A stretch of 37,571 nucleotides of DNA from Welwitschia mirabilis (Eukaryota). The first letter of the stretch is position 1. Each line of letters opens with the position of its first letter. The stretch is from contig JBOZIK010000001.1 of NCBI GenBank assembly GCA_051453625.1, positions 28,661,090 through 28,698,660 on the forward strand. Direction: 5' to 3'. Below the pieces are notes generated by a model. It searched no databases, was not told the DNA's origin, and worked only from the letters and a program-made list of their open reading frames with translations. Shown one piece after another: positions 13,931-26,730 of the stretch. The position numbers were made by a program, and so were the translations under genes.

Positions 13931-15485
13931 TAGTGGTGTAGAAATGGTGTAGAAATTAATTTCATTAGTGATGTGAGTGGGAACATAAAGTTAATATAAT
14001 TGATTCTTTACCTCTATCAAATTAAAATTTCTAGCACTTAGCGAAGATATAGATAAAATTTTATCTCATTATCATGCAAAAGCTCTTTTTATATTGTCAT
14101 GATTTGTTACTTACATCAATGAATTAACTCTTTGGATTATCTAGTTAGTCTATATTCTATTATCTGCAAATCCAAAATAATCCTTTATTTTAAGGAATTA
14201 TTATATTAATTGAGTCGTTATCTGTAGTTACTATTGGCATGCATCTTATAATCCTTAGCTACTTGATAAATCTTAATCAGCTAATCCTATTGCTATATGA
14301 TTAAAGTTGTGATCTTATTTATATGGACTATGCACTTCAACCTTATGGACTAGACACTATGTTTTCTTAACTAATTTAAAAAAACTTGTATACTTATTTA
14401 GCTTTTACTTGCATAGCCTTATTTCATACATTGTGTCCCTGACTTATTATCCCTTAAGATGATATTTCATTCATATAAATTATTAAAGTGAAAATTCAAT
14501 TAAATTATACATGGAAAAGTGTTAATAAAACTTGAAAGTAGAAGTTCATAACAAAGGAGTGTGGAAGAGGTATACAATTTTGAAACTTAAGCTTAAGGAA
14601 TTTCTACATAACAACCTTATAAGCGTGTGTCACAATTTAGAGTAAGAAATTATTATGTTTTCATATTTGAATTTTAGTTTTTGACTTATGATTTAAGAAC
14701 ATAATGCTTTAGTTAATGTAAGGAGATAATTATGATATTTTGACTTATGAAATAAAAAGATTTTCAACTATCTACAAGTATATTCAACTATGCTATTTTG
14801 ATTTCACTGAAAAATCAATTATGTAGTTCTTACCTCACCTGTCATATGAAGATATATTGTTTACAACTTTTTCTCTAATCAAGTGATGATTATAATACTA
14901 GAAAATGGAAAAGATTAGAAGGTCATGATTAATATAAGAGTTTGTCTAAATTTTTGAAGTCAATATTCCATGACGTTTACCACTGTAATGAAGGTAAATG
15001 AGCAACACTTAACTTAAGGATAAGTTTTATAAATATTTATATTGATGATATCAATGGCCTAGACTAAGCTGTGTGGATTTGTCTATTGAAGAACAATAGT
15101 GTAAAACTAAAGGCTATCCTATAACAATTACTTCCAACATAAAGCAATTCAAAAGAACTTCCAACATAGTAAGTTTGTTAAAATGAAGGATGTGGAGTAT
15201 GATTTTATAATTTAGTATAAAGTGCTTAGTAAGATTACATGATCCATGTGTGTATGAATACGTGTATAATTGTTTGAATTGGAAATTAATCCTTAGCAAG
15301 ATTGTGAAGATTTATATGTCTATAAGGGTAACTCTTAATACATATTGTGGAGAATATTTTCAAGATTATTATGATATAAACAATCTATAGAAGTAGCCAC
15401 TTGGGAGGTAAATGCAGATATTAATTAATGGAGATCTAATCTTTTAGCAAGTTTCAAGGAAAAAAATTCTTAGGGAGTTGAGAAA

Positions 15486-18400
15486 TGTTAAGTCCACATT
15501 TTTACTTTTCTTATAAAATTTGCAAGTTTATTNNNNNNNNNNNNNNNNNNNNNNNNNNNNNNNNNNNNNNNNNNNNNNNNNNNNNNNNNNNNNNNNNNNN
15601 NNNNNNNNNNNNNNNNNNNNNNNNNNNNNNNNNNNNNNNNNNNNNNNNNNNNNNNNNNNNNNNNNNNNNNNNNNNNNNNNNNNNNNNNNNNNNNNNNNNN
15701 NNNNNNNNNNNNNNNNNNNNNNNNNNNNNNNNNNNNNNNNNNNNNNNNNNNNNNNNNNNNNNNNNNNNNNNNNNNNNNNNNNNNNNNNNNNNNNNNNNNN
15801 NNNNNNNNNNNNNNNNNNNNNNNNNNNNNNNNNNNNNNNNNNNNNNNNNNNNNNNNNNNNNNNNNNNNNNNNNNNNNNNNNNNNNNNNNNNNNNNNNNNN
15901 NNNNNNNNNNNNNNNNNNNNNNNNNNNNNNNNNNNNNNNNNNNNNNNNNNNNNNNNNNNNNNNNNNNNNNNNNNNNNNNNNNNNNNNNNNNNNNNNNNNN
16001 NNNNNNNNNNNNNNNNNNNNNNNNNNNNNNNNNNNNNNNNNNNNNNNNNNNNNNNNNNNNNNNNNNNNNNNNNNNNNNNNNNNNNNNNNNNNNNNNNNNN
16101 NNNNNNNNNNNNNNNNNNNNNNNNNNNNNNNNNNNNNNNNNNNNNNNNNNNNNNNNNNNNNNNNNNNNNNNNNNNNNNNNNNNNNNNNNNNNNNTTTGTA
16201 AATGCTATGTTCTTGAAATGCAGTCTTATTGAGTTGTAATATGAATATACTTTGATGAAATGTTTGTACTCAATTTTTATATGCTCTTGTGATGGAAATG
16301 TTATCTCTTATTTACTTATGCAATTATGCTAAATTGAATGTATATTATGAAGACATGTTATTTATCCTTTTTTCTCATTATTACATGTGAAGAATCATCT
16401 TGATTATATTATTAAAATTACTCAGTGGTCTAACAAGGTAACAAAAATCCCTATCATATAACCACCCTCATTCATGATGTTTTATCTTTACATGCATAGA
16501 ATCTTCACCAACTTTTACCACTTCAACTCACCCCCTTCATGATTTTTTTTCTTCAAATGAATGTAATCTTTATCAAATTTTGTCTTATCCTCATATTCTT
16601 ATAACTTTTCACATTTCACTAAATCTTAATTATAAATTGGATCCTTCTCCTCCTTTTCCATCACTTTCATTTTTGAAAAACCTTTTTCTATTATGTCTTA
16701 GAGCCTGGAAAAGCCTTAAAGACTTGTAAAGATCTTGAGTTCTTCTTGAAAATCAGTATGATTCTTTGCCTTTGTGCTTTTTTGTTGGTCTTTTTTTATG
16801 CAATTTCTATTAAAATTGTCATGTTTGTGTATGGTTTTATTTCTTATATTTTCTTGATGGTCCTCTCATATTCATTTGTTTATTAAGACTGATGCATATG
16901 TATTTCTTGTAAGTTGGTTATGTTGCTTGAATAAGAGAAATCCTGTGTTGAAGCATATTTTATCTTCATGCACCTTTCCTTAATATCTTGAATTTATCTT
17001 TTTATATGAGATGAAAACTCATGATTAAATCCATCAAACTTATCTTATAATCTCTTTCAAGTCTTGTCAAGGTGTTATATCATGATCAATCTTCTCTTAG
17101 ATTCATGATATGCTCTTGTTAAACTTATGGTTATGGATTTTCCACAGATCATCGAATGATATAGTGGACTTCATAGATTACCGAATGAGGTAGTGAAGAG
17201 AGATTCTCATAGATCACCAAATGAGGTAGTAGCAATATTATATTACCAAAAATTACCAAATAAGGAAGTGGACTTCATTGATTACTAAACAAGATAGTAA
17301 AGTTAATGATGAATTACCATAAATCACCAAATGAGGTAGTGGGATTCACAGATAACCAAATGAATCAATAAAGTTAAATATTATATGAGAACCACAGATC
17401 ATTTAATGAGGTAGTGGGCTTTACAGATCACTGAACAATGTAGTAAATTTAATGATGATTGAAATTATATATTTGATATTCTCATTCATAATTATAAGCT
17501 CATTATTTGTGTATGTCTTAGATTTCTTATATGTCTTGAACTGTTTCTTTCTATCTTAATTCTTAAAGAATTTTACCAAACTACCTATTCTTATTTGGGC
17601 CATACTAGGGACTATGAGATTTTCATAGTTCTCATCCCATACTTTTGTGTGACATGTTAAAATTCTTGAGTAAATGCTAAAGTGAGCATATGAATATGAA
17701 GAATACTTGATCCAATGTTGGAAAATTTGCTAAATAGTCTTGTAATCCTTCATAAATTCTGAAATGTTAGTACTATATAATTATGATATGAGGATATGTT
17801 ACCCTCTTCTTGAATATTGCTTTACAAATTTCCATAGATAATTGAACTCTGATTTTGTTTGTATGATCAATACAATTATGAAATTGATTAATCTGATTTA
17901 TGAACATTGTATTATGATTATCTTCCATAGAAAATACTATAGAAATATGAAAAATTGGTTGCATGTTCTTTATGTTTTATTGATAAAGTTTATTAAAAAA
18001 TTTGAAGTTTCTAAATTCCTTAAAGGTGCTTTGATTATCAAATTATGAATTTATTTTATTTCACCAATTACAAATGTTTTAGTTTAATTATGAATGTTAA
18101 ATATGAAAATTATGCCTTGATTGTAGTGTAAATGACCTTTAAATAATCATTTAATATGCATGTTATAACTAGTAAAATACAACTATTTAGGAAATAACAT
18201 GATTAAAATTGGGAATAAATAGGGAAGAAATAGAAGTTTTTAATAAAGGCTTATATTGTTGTGAATGTTCTGCTTGCTCCACCTCTCTTATAATTATTTT
18301 TCTTAACATTAAAGAATAATTAGGAGAATAATAGAGAATTTAAGAACCCACATGTGCTAATTTTAATAAAATATAAATGCCTTAGTGCACTAGTTAGATT

Positions 18401-18623
18401 CAAAACCTTGACCACCCATTATCTAATATTCATCTATTACCATTATATCATCCATGCAATTGAAAACATAACCTTGGCATTTAATTCTTGTGCGTATGAT
18501 GGTTTTGATCAGTAATGGAAATGTTATGAAATAAATGAGCCTTAATGCATTTGTTTTGGGTGTAATTCGTAATCAACAGCTATCCCTTTTCTTTCCATGT
18601 GCCATTGAGAAAATAATGCTATG
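15486..18623 (+). repeat. 3' LTR of chromovirus copy 1 (includes a 662-N gap)
   Basis: Starts TGTTA directly after the PPT; collinear with 22726-25469; end inferred from the copy 2 terminus. Confidence 0.6.
17143..17450 (+). repeat. Nine-unit degenerate repeat array in the LTR (core ~ACAGATCACCGAATGAGGTAGTG)
   Basis: Nine variants of a ~23-nt core separated by short (ggcttc-like) or longer AT-rich linkers. Confidence 0.85.
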
Positions 18624-21600
18624 AAATCAACACACCATCAATTAGACATATTATAAAGAAGCGGGTTCATTCAATTTGAGAAAAATGAAAACCACAATAC
18701 CAAATTAGCATTAGATGTCATTTTGAAATCCTCAACCTACTTTCAAATACTTTCTTGAATACGTTTAGGTAGAAACACCAAGAAGCTATTGCGCTCCATC
18801 TTCAATAGTGCTCATAAACTATTCCAATGATCTTATTTGAAGGAGACCCCTTATCCAACCATTTCTAGTGCTTGAACACTCAATGCCAGATCAAAACATT
18901 AAAATGTCCATCTTAATGCCTTAATCTCTGTAGTGTTGTAATTCTTGAGCATATGATATGTGTACTTTAACTCTCAGATAGTGGCACCTCTCAATATTCT
19001 CCTAAGCTTCTTCTTGCAATTTCTTAGGCATCAGTGTTTTTCCTTAACTGATTGACTTCATTCATCTTCTATGCTTCATATTGCCACATATGCTGCACTT
19101 ATTGAGACTTCATATCTTTTAGCATCTTTCTTATTTTTAAGTTCAGGTGTGGTCTTCCTAATTTAAGCTAATACAGACATCCATATTTCAAATAACTTAG
19201 TTAGATCAAGTGGCCATTAGTCTCTATACTTAAAGAAAGGTTTTATGTTTAATTAGGCTTGTAATATGTATAGTTTAATTCCCATAAGGATAATAGGGCC
19301 CCAATAAGGTATCTAATTGATTAACTGATACTACATCTATAATAAATCTAGTTAGCAACCTAGTGGATGAACTTATGAGCATGCAATGAATGGGAAGATA
19401 GAAACTCTATGATGGTGCAACTTAAGAGGATAAAACCTTCAACTTTCTAAGGTGTGAACAACATGATACATGTAGAAGCATGATTAATATATGTGTAAAA
19501 AAAATTAAAATCATTTAACTTCACTACTCACCAATTTATTACAAGAGTGACTATATGATAAAATGTAGAAATATTGTAAAACGAGAAGGGGCCTTAATAA
19601 TTGCTTTCAACATGTAGGAAATGAGAAAAATTAAAGAAGCTATATAGGTAGATACATCATAGAATTTTTCATAAATATAAATGCCAATATATTCTACAAT
19701 CTTATAAGTGGGTATGAAGAAGTAAAAGCTAGAGGAGTTGTGACTAGTCGATATCTAGTACTTTAAGGTTAAGATAAATTATTTCAACTAAAGACATTTA
19801 TAGAATCCTTAGAGAGGGCCATAATTACTGAAGAATTTTGCATCATGAATAAAAATATTAGAGAAAAAGGAGAAATGTCAAAATAATGAAACTATGGAAG
19901 AAACCTTTTACTTAGAATTTATGTATGACTAGAAGATAAAAAATAGTAAATGTAGCTATAGTCAATACTAGAGCAATATATAAACTTTTAAAAAAAAAAA
20001 AGTAGACTTATCCAAATCAAGGAAGAGATAGATTTATGGGATTAACAAGAAATTATTAGTCTTAAAAATGTAACTAGTGATTTTAAAAACATGGGATATT
20101 TTTTAAGAGGCATCCAGAAACATCTACAACAAGTGTATAGAAGATGATATAGTTATGGTTAAAGATAACATCAATGAAAATGCAAAGAAAAATGAAGAAA
20201 AATAAAAATTTTTTAAATAAGAAAAATAAAAGTAATCTAAATGATGTAGAAATTAATTTTGTTAATGATGTGAGTGAGAACATAAAGTCAACACAAGAAA
20301 TTGATTCTTTACCTCTATCAAATTAAAATTTTCTAGTACTTAGGAAAGATATAGATAAAATTTTACCTTGCTATCATGCAAAAGCTCTCTTTACATTATC
20401 AAGATTTGTTACTTGCATCAATATATTAACTCTTTAACTTATCTAGTTAGCCTATATTCTATTATCATCAAATCCTAAAATAAAACTTTATCTTAAGGAA
20501 TTGTTATATTAATTAAACCCTCACTTGTAGTTACTATTGGCATGCATCTTGTAATCCTTAGCTACTTGGTAAACTTTAATCATCTAATATTGTTGCTATA
20601 TGATTAAAGTTGTGATCTTGTTTAGATGAACTATGCANNNNNNNNNNNNNNNNNNNNNNNNNNNNNNNNNNNNNNNNNNNNNNNNNNNNNNNNNNNNNNN
20701 NNNNNNNNNNNNNNNNNNNNNNNNNNNNNNNNNNNNNNNNNNNNNNNNNNNNNNNNNNNNNNNNNNNNNNNNNNNNNNNNNNNNNNNNNNNNNNNNNNNN
20801 NNNNNNNNNNNNNNNNNNNNNNNNNNNNNNNNNNNNNNNNNNNNNNNNNNNNNNNNNNNNNNNNNNNNNNNNNNNNNNNNNNNNNNNNNNNNNNNNNNNN
20901 NNNNNNNNNNNNNNNNNNNNNNNNNNNNNNNNNNNNNNNNNNNNNNNNNNNNNNNNNNNNNNNNNNNNNNNNNNNNNNNNNNNNNNNNNNNNNNNNNNNN
21001 NNNNNNNNNNNNNNNNNNNNNNNNNNNNNNNNNNNNNNNNNNNNNNNNNNNNNNNNNNNNNNNNNNNNNNNNNNNNNNNNNNNNNNNNNNNNNNNNNNNN
21101 NNNNNNNNNNNNNNNNNNNNNNNNNNNNNNNNNNNNNNNNNNNNNNNNNNNNNNNNNNNNNNNNNNNNNNNNNNNNNNNNNNNNNNNNNNNNNNNNNNNN
21201 NNNNNNNNNNNNNNNNNNNNNNNNNNNNNNNNNNNNNNNNNNNNNNNNNNNNNNNNNNNNNNNNNNNNNNNNNNNNNNNNNNNNNNNNNNNNNNNNNNNN
21301 NNNNNNNNNNNNNNNNNNNNNNNNNNNNNNNNNNNNNNNNNNNNNNNNNNNNNNNNNNNNNNNNNNNNNNNNNNNNNNNNNNNNNNNNNNNNNNNNNNNN
21401 NNNNNNNNNNNNNNNNNNNNNNNNNNNNNNNNNNNNNNNNNNNNNNNNNNNNNNNNNNNNNNNNNNNNNNNNNNNNNNNNNNNNNNNNNNNNNNNNNNNN
21501 NNNNNNNNNNNNAATCATCTAATATTGTTGCTATATGATTAAAGTTGTATCTTGTTTAGATGAACTATGCATTTCAACCTTATGGACTAGACACTGCTTG

Positions 21601-22725
21601 CTCTCAACTAATTGAAAATCACTTGTATACTTATTCAGCCTAGACTTTCATAGCCTTATTTCATACATTATGTCCCTAACTTATTAGCCCTTAAGATGCT
21701 ATTTCATTCACATAAATTAGTAAAGTAAAAATTCAACCAAATTATACATGGAGAAGTATTAATGAATGTTGATAGTAGACATGCACAACAAAGGAGTACA
21801 ATGTAGAATAGGTATACAATTCTGAAACTTTAGCTTGAGGAATTTCTATATAACAACCTTAGAAGTGTGTGTCACAATTTAGAGTAAGAAATTATTTTGT
21901 TTCCATATTTGAGTTGTAGTTTTGAACTTAATTATTTAAGGACATAATGCTTTGATCAATGTAAGGATGTCATTAAGATATTTTGACTTATGAAATGAAA
22001 AGGTTTTCAACTATATACAAGTATATTTAACTATGTTTGTTTGATTTCATTACAAAATTAATTATGTAGTTTTTACTCCACCTCTCATGAAGATATGTTA
22101 TTTACATCTTTTTCTCTAATCAAGTAATGATTATAATACTAGAAAATGGAAAATATTAGAAGTTCATGATTAATATAAGGGTTTGTCTAAGTTTTTCAAG
22201 TTAATATGCCATGAAGTTTAGCATTGTGATGAAGATAAATGAGAAACACTTAACTTAAGAATAAGTTTTAGTCATATTTATATTGATGATATCAATGTCT
22301 AGACTAAGCTCTATGTATTTTTCTCTTGAAGAATAATAGTGTGAAGTTAAAGGCTAGTCTATACCAACTACTGTCAACATTGAGCAATTAAGAAGAACTT
22401 CCAACATAGTAAGTTTGTCAAAATGAAGGATGTAGAGTATGATTTAATAATTTATTATGAAGTGCTTAGTATGATTGCATGATCCATGTGTGTATGAAGA
22501 CACCGATCATAGTTTGAATTGTAAATTAATCCTTAGGAAGATTGTAAAGATCTATATGTTTGTAAGAGTAACTTTTAATACATATTGTGGAGAATGTTTT
22601 CAAGATTATTATGATACAATCAATCTATAGAAGTAGCAACTTGGGAGGAAAATGTAGATATTAATTAGTGTAGATCTGAACTTTTAGCAAGTTTTTAGGA
22701 TGAAACTTCGTAAGGAGTTGAGAAA

Positions 22726-25469
22726 TATCATGTCCACATTTTTACTTTTCTTATAAAATTTGCAAGTTTATGTTTAATGAAATATTTGAAAAATTTTAAA
22801 TTACTTAAAACCCCCAATTGTTGTAAATTCTATATTCTTCAAATGTAGTCTTATTGAGTTATAATATGAATATCTTTTGATTAAATGTTTATACTCAATT
22901 TTTATATGCTCTTGTAGTGGAAATAATATCTTTTATTTACTTATGCAATTATGTTAAATTGAATGTATATTATGGAGACATGTTACTTATCCTTTTTCCT
23001 CATTATTAAATGTGAAGCATCATCTTTATTATATTATTGAAATCACCTGATGCCCTAGTAAGGTAATGGAAATTTCCACCATATAACTACCCTCATTCAT
23101 GGTGTTTTATCTTTACATGCATAGAATCTACCAACTTTCACCACTTCAACTGATCCCCTTCATGATGTTTTATCTTCAAATGCATGGACTCTTTATTAAC
23201 TTTCATTTTGTCCTCATATTCTTGTGACTTTTCACATTTCTTCAAATCTTAATTATAGATAGGACCCTCCTCCTCCTTTTCACTCACTTTTATTTTTCGA
23301 GAACCTTTTACTATTGAGTCCTGAAGCTTAGAAAATCCTTAAAAACTTGTAAATACCTTGAGTTCTTCTTAAAAATTAGTATGATTCTATACCTTTATGC
23401 TTCCTTGTTGGTTCTTTCTTATACAATTTGTATTAAAATCATCATGTTTGTGTATGGTTTTATTTTCTTATATTTTCTTGATGTTCCTCTTATATTCATT
23501 TATTCATTGAGATCGATGTGTATGTATTTCTTGTAACTCAATTATGTAGCTTAAATAAAAGAAACCTTGTGTTAAAGCATATTTTATCTTCATGTACCTT
23601 TTCTCAATATCTTAAAATTATCTTCTTGTATGAAATGAAAAATCATGATTAAATCCATCACACTTATCTTGTAATCTCTTTGAAGTCTTGTCGATGCATT
23701 ATTTCATGATCAATCTTCTCTTACATTTGTGATATCATCTTGTTAAACTTATAGTTATGGNNNNNNNNNNNNNNNNNNNNNNNNNNNNNNNNNNNNNNNN
23801 NNNNNNNNNNNNNNNNNNNNNNNNNNNNNNNNNNNNNNNNNNNNNNNNNNNNNNNNNNNNTTGTCGATGCATTATTTCATGATCAATCTTCTCTTACATT
23901 TGTGATATCATATTGTTAAACTTATAGTTATGGATTTTCCACAAATCATCAAATGAGGCTATGGACTTCATAGATCACTAAATGAGGCAGTGAAGAGAGA
24001 ATTCTACAAATCCTGGGATGAGGCAGTGGGAATATTATATTACCACGGATCCTCGAATGAGGTAGTGAGCTTCATAGATCACCAAACGATGTAGTGAAGT
24101 TAATGATAAATGAGATTTTATACATACATATATATGTATATATATTATGAGTACCACAGATCATCGAATGAAATTTTGGGCTTTACAGATTGCCAAATGA
24201 GGTAGTAAAGTTAAATATTCTATGAGAACCCCAGATCACTAAATGAGAAAGTGGGCTTCACAGATCACCGAACAAGGTAGTGAAGTTAATCATGGTTAAG
24301 ATTATATGTTTAATATTCTTGTTCATAATAATGAACTCATTATCTGTGTATGTTTTGTATTTCTCATAAGTCTTAAACTATTTTTTTCTATTTTAGTCCT
24401 TGAAGAATCTTATCAAACTACTTATTCTTTCCTAGGCCATACTAGGGGCTATGAGATTTTCATAGTTGTTATCCCATACTTTTTTTTGATAGGTTAAAAT
24501 TCTAGAGTAAATTATAAAGTGGGCATATGGAAGTGGAGAATCCTTGATCCATTATTGAAACATTTGCTAAATAGTCTTATAATTTTTCATAAATTCTGAA
24601 ATGTTAGTACTATATCACTATGATGTAAGGATACGTTACACTCTTCTTGAATATTGCTTCACAGATTTCCATAGATAGTTGAACTATGATTTTTTTTTAA
24701 TGTGATCAATATAATTATAAAATTTCTTAATATGATTTATGAACATTGTATTGTGATTATCTTATATGGAAAATACTATAGAAAGATTAAAAATTACTTT
24801 CATGTTCTTTATGTTTTCTTTCTAAATTTTATTGAAAATTTTAAAGCCTCGAAATGCCTCGAAGTTTCTTTGACTGCCAAATTATGAATTTATTTTATTT
24901 CATCACTTAAAAATGTTTCAATTTAATTATGAATGTTAAATATGAAAATTATGCCTTAACTGTAGTGTAAATGACTTTTAAATAGTCATTTAATAGGTAT
25001 GTTATAACTAGTAAAATAAAACTATTTAGAAAACAACATGATTAAAATTGGGTAATAAATAGGAAAGAAATAGAAGTTTTTAATAAAGGCATGTTTTATT
25101 ATAAAAGTTCTTCTTGCCCCGCCTCTTTTATAATTATTTTTATTAACATTAAAGAATATTTAGGAGAATAATAAAAAATTTAAAAACCCACATGTGCTAA
25201 TTTTAACAAAATATAAATGCCTTAGTGCACCAGCTAGATCCAAAACCCTAACTACTCATTAGATAATATTCATCTATTACAATTATTCCATCCATGTAAT
25301 TGAAAACATAATCTTAGCATTTAATTCTTCTGTGTATGAAAGTTTCGGTTAATAATGGAAATGTTATAAAAAGAATGAGCCTCAATGCATTTGTTTAGGT
25401 GTAATTCATAATCAACAGCTACCCTTTTTCTTTTTATACACCCTTGAGAAAATAAGGTTAGGTGTTATA
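22726..25469 (+). repeat. 3' LTR of chromovirus copy 2
   Basis: Follows the PPT taaggagttgagaaa; start decayed to TATCA; ends ggttaggtgttata, resembling the Tekay-type ...ggggtgttACA terminus. Confidence 0.6.
23939..24290 (+). repeat. Nine-unit degenerate repeat array in the LTR, copy 2
   Basis: Same core and unit order as 17143-17450, with an extra TA/CA-rich stretch (~24118-24146) in one linker. Confidence 0.85.
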
Positions 25470-25517
25470 AAATCAATGCATCATGAATTAGGTACATTAT
25501 AAAGAAGTGCGATCCTT

Positions 25518-26709
25518 TGTTATAATCCCAAATTATCATGTTTTAATAGTGTAATTAGCGATGTTTTACAGGGAATAGGAACTCAATTTAGTCATTTTCG
25601 GGCATTTTGTCTTGAATTGATCTAATAACCTAATTATGATTTTAAGTTCCATATTTTCATCTAGAAAAACAAGAATTCAATAAAGGAGCAAAGCAGAGTA
25701 ACAATTAGAGGAAAAGTCTAATAAAATGGCTATTATCCCTGATGTCATCCCCATAACATAGGACACGATCATAAGGTTAAAGTCATTTGAAGCAAGCTCA
25801 TGAAGGCTAGTAAGGTAAGGCTGACGTAGTGTATTGATGTGGCTATCGTGGCCTATTTCATCCCCATGACATAGAAGACGACATAACCATTATGTTTTGA
25901 ATTAAAATTCCAATAATTTTTTGATATGACATGCTATAATTGGATGATGAAGGTGTTTCATGTTACATGTCGTCCCCATGACGATAATAAAACAATAGTG
26001 CTATAACTTCTTCTTAACTAAGTTAATTAAGGTATAGTTTATTCCTAATAATGCTTCTTCATCTATACCGGCCTCTTTGACCCATAAAAACCTTAGGAAA
26101 GCTATAAAACCCCCATTTGACATCATCTAGTCATCTTTTTGAAATTAAATGATTTGTGACAAAGGCATCCAAGGAGTAAAGCATTTATTCCATCATAAGA
26201 GAGATCATTCTTGGTGATTAGGCTGTGCTTTTGACATTAAGGAGTCATTACCTTGTTGAGGTATTATAAGACATTCAATGCATTTAATTAAATGTATTTC
26301 TTCTTCAATTCTTATGATTTCTCTAATGACTTATATTGAAGTTTGATTAATAGTATTTCCTAGATTGATTCTAAATTAGACACATGTCATAAGAGCTAAG
26401 TTGGTCGAGAAGAACTCAGAAATTTGATTATCATAGGCTTGCATCTCATCTCTCTTTAATATTTTCATTACACATTAGAATAGTTTCATTAACAATTTTT
26501 CTTTTTATATTTTAAAACAAAAATTGAACAAAAACATTGGATTGGAATTAAAAGTACATTCTTCCTTATTTATTTTCTTGATTTAAATATTGCTTTATGC
26601 TCTTCAACTTATAAAATTCATTGGTTGAATCATTCTATACTAACCCTAGTTATGATTTCATTATTTCAAGAATTGATTACTTTTAAAGTGCAAATTTAGG
26701 CAACCAACA
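25518..26709 (+). repeat. 5' LTR of element A (1192 bp)
   Basis: tgttataatcccaaattatcatg...tttaggcaaccaaca; collinear with 34729-35895 and followed by the PBS. Confidence 0.92.
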
Positions 26710-26712
26710 TTT

Positions 26713-26730
26713 TGGTGCCATTGCTAGGAA
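26713..26730 (+). promoter_or_regulatory. Degenerate tRNA-Asp primer binding site, element A
   Basis: tggtgccattgctaggaa versus TGGCGCCGTTGCCGGGGA: 13/18 matches, all 5 mismatches C>T or G>A; 3 nt after the LTR end. Confidence 0.85.

Larger units (their letters stand above)
10124..13933 (+). mobile_element. Athila-like Ty3/gypsy element B, 3'-truncated (5' LTR, PBS, leader, gag, protease)
   Basis: LTR ending ...ctacAACA (11183) followed by a tRNA-Asp-type PBS; gag homologous to element A (PFDLLQADDVELKNLNAY versus PFNLLIEDDIEIKNLNAY); CDLCKDNYHITKDYP knuckle (~12645); protease RALIDIGEIVNIMS (~13485-13525). LTR start is either TGAT at 10124 or TGTT at 10108. Confidence 0.85.
13942..18623 (+). 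mobile_element. Internally deleted chromovirus (Tekay/Del-like gypsy), copy 1: pol remnant plus 3' LTR
   Basis: RT remnants LKLKLKEFL (~14580), IFNYLQV (~14760; DLFDQLQG-like), EDILFTTF (~14848), FINIYIDDI (15026-15052); chromodomain EVATWEV (15390-15410); Tekay-like pol end and PPT tttcaaggaaaaaaattcttagggagttgagaaa followed by TG at 15486. Confidence 0.7.
19400..25469 (+). mobile_element. Internally deleted chromovirus (Tekay/Del-like gypsy), copy 2: gag, pol remnant, 3' LTR
   Basis: gag MVQLKRIKPSTF*GVNNMIHVEA*L (19412-19490; F.r.kPptFkG..dp..AE.Wl); decayed CCHC knuckle ~20065-20118; YIDDI at 22279-22293; chromodomain ATWE at 22636-22647; collinear with copy 1 from ~20239. Confidence 0.7.

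Noticed and set aside
17222..17232. tgaggtagtag matches the 5' end of animal let-7 miRNA
   Set aside because: Short match within an LTR repeat unit, no precursor hairpin, and a plant-type TE context; coincidence.
17143..17450. CRISPR-like appearance of the core-and-linker array (also 23939-24290)
   Set aside because: Eukaryotic LTR context, degenerate non-palindromic cores, short linkers that are related to each other, and no cas genes.
17773..24887. Short hydrophobic ORFs in LTRs (17773-17964, 17842-18048, 24306-24497, 24702-24887) and antisense ORFs over gag-pol
   Set aside because: I/F/L/K-biased composition expected from AT-rich DNA and no recognisable domains. The 17842/24702 similarity reflects the DNA duplication.
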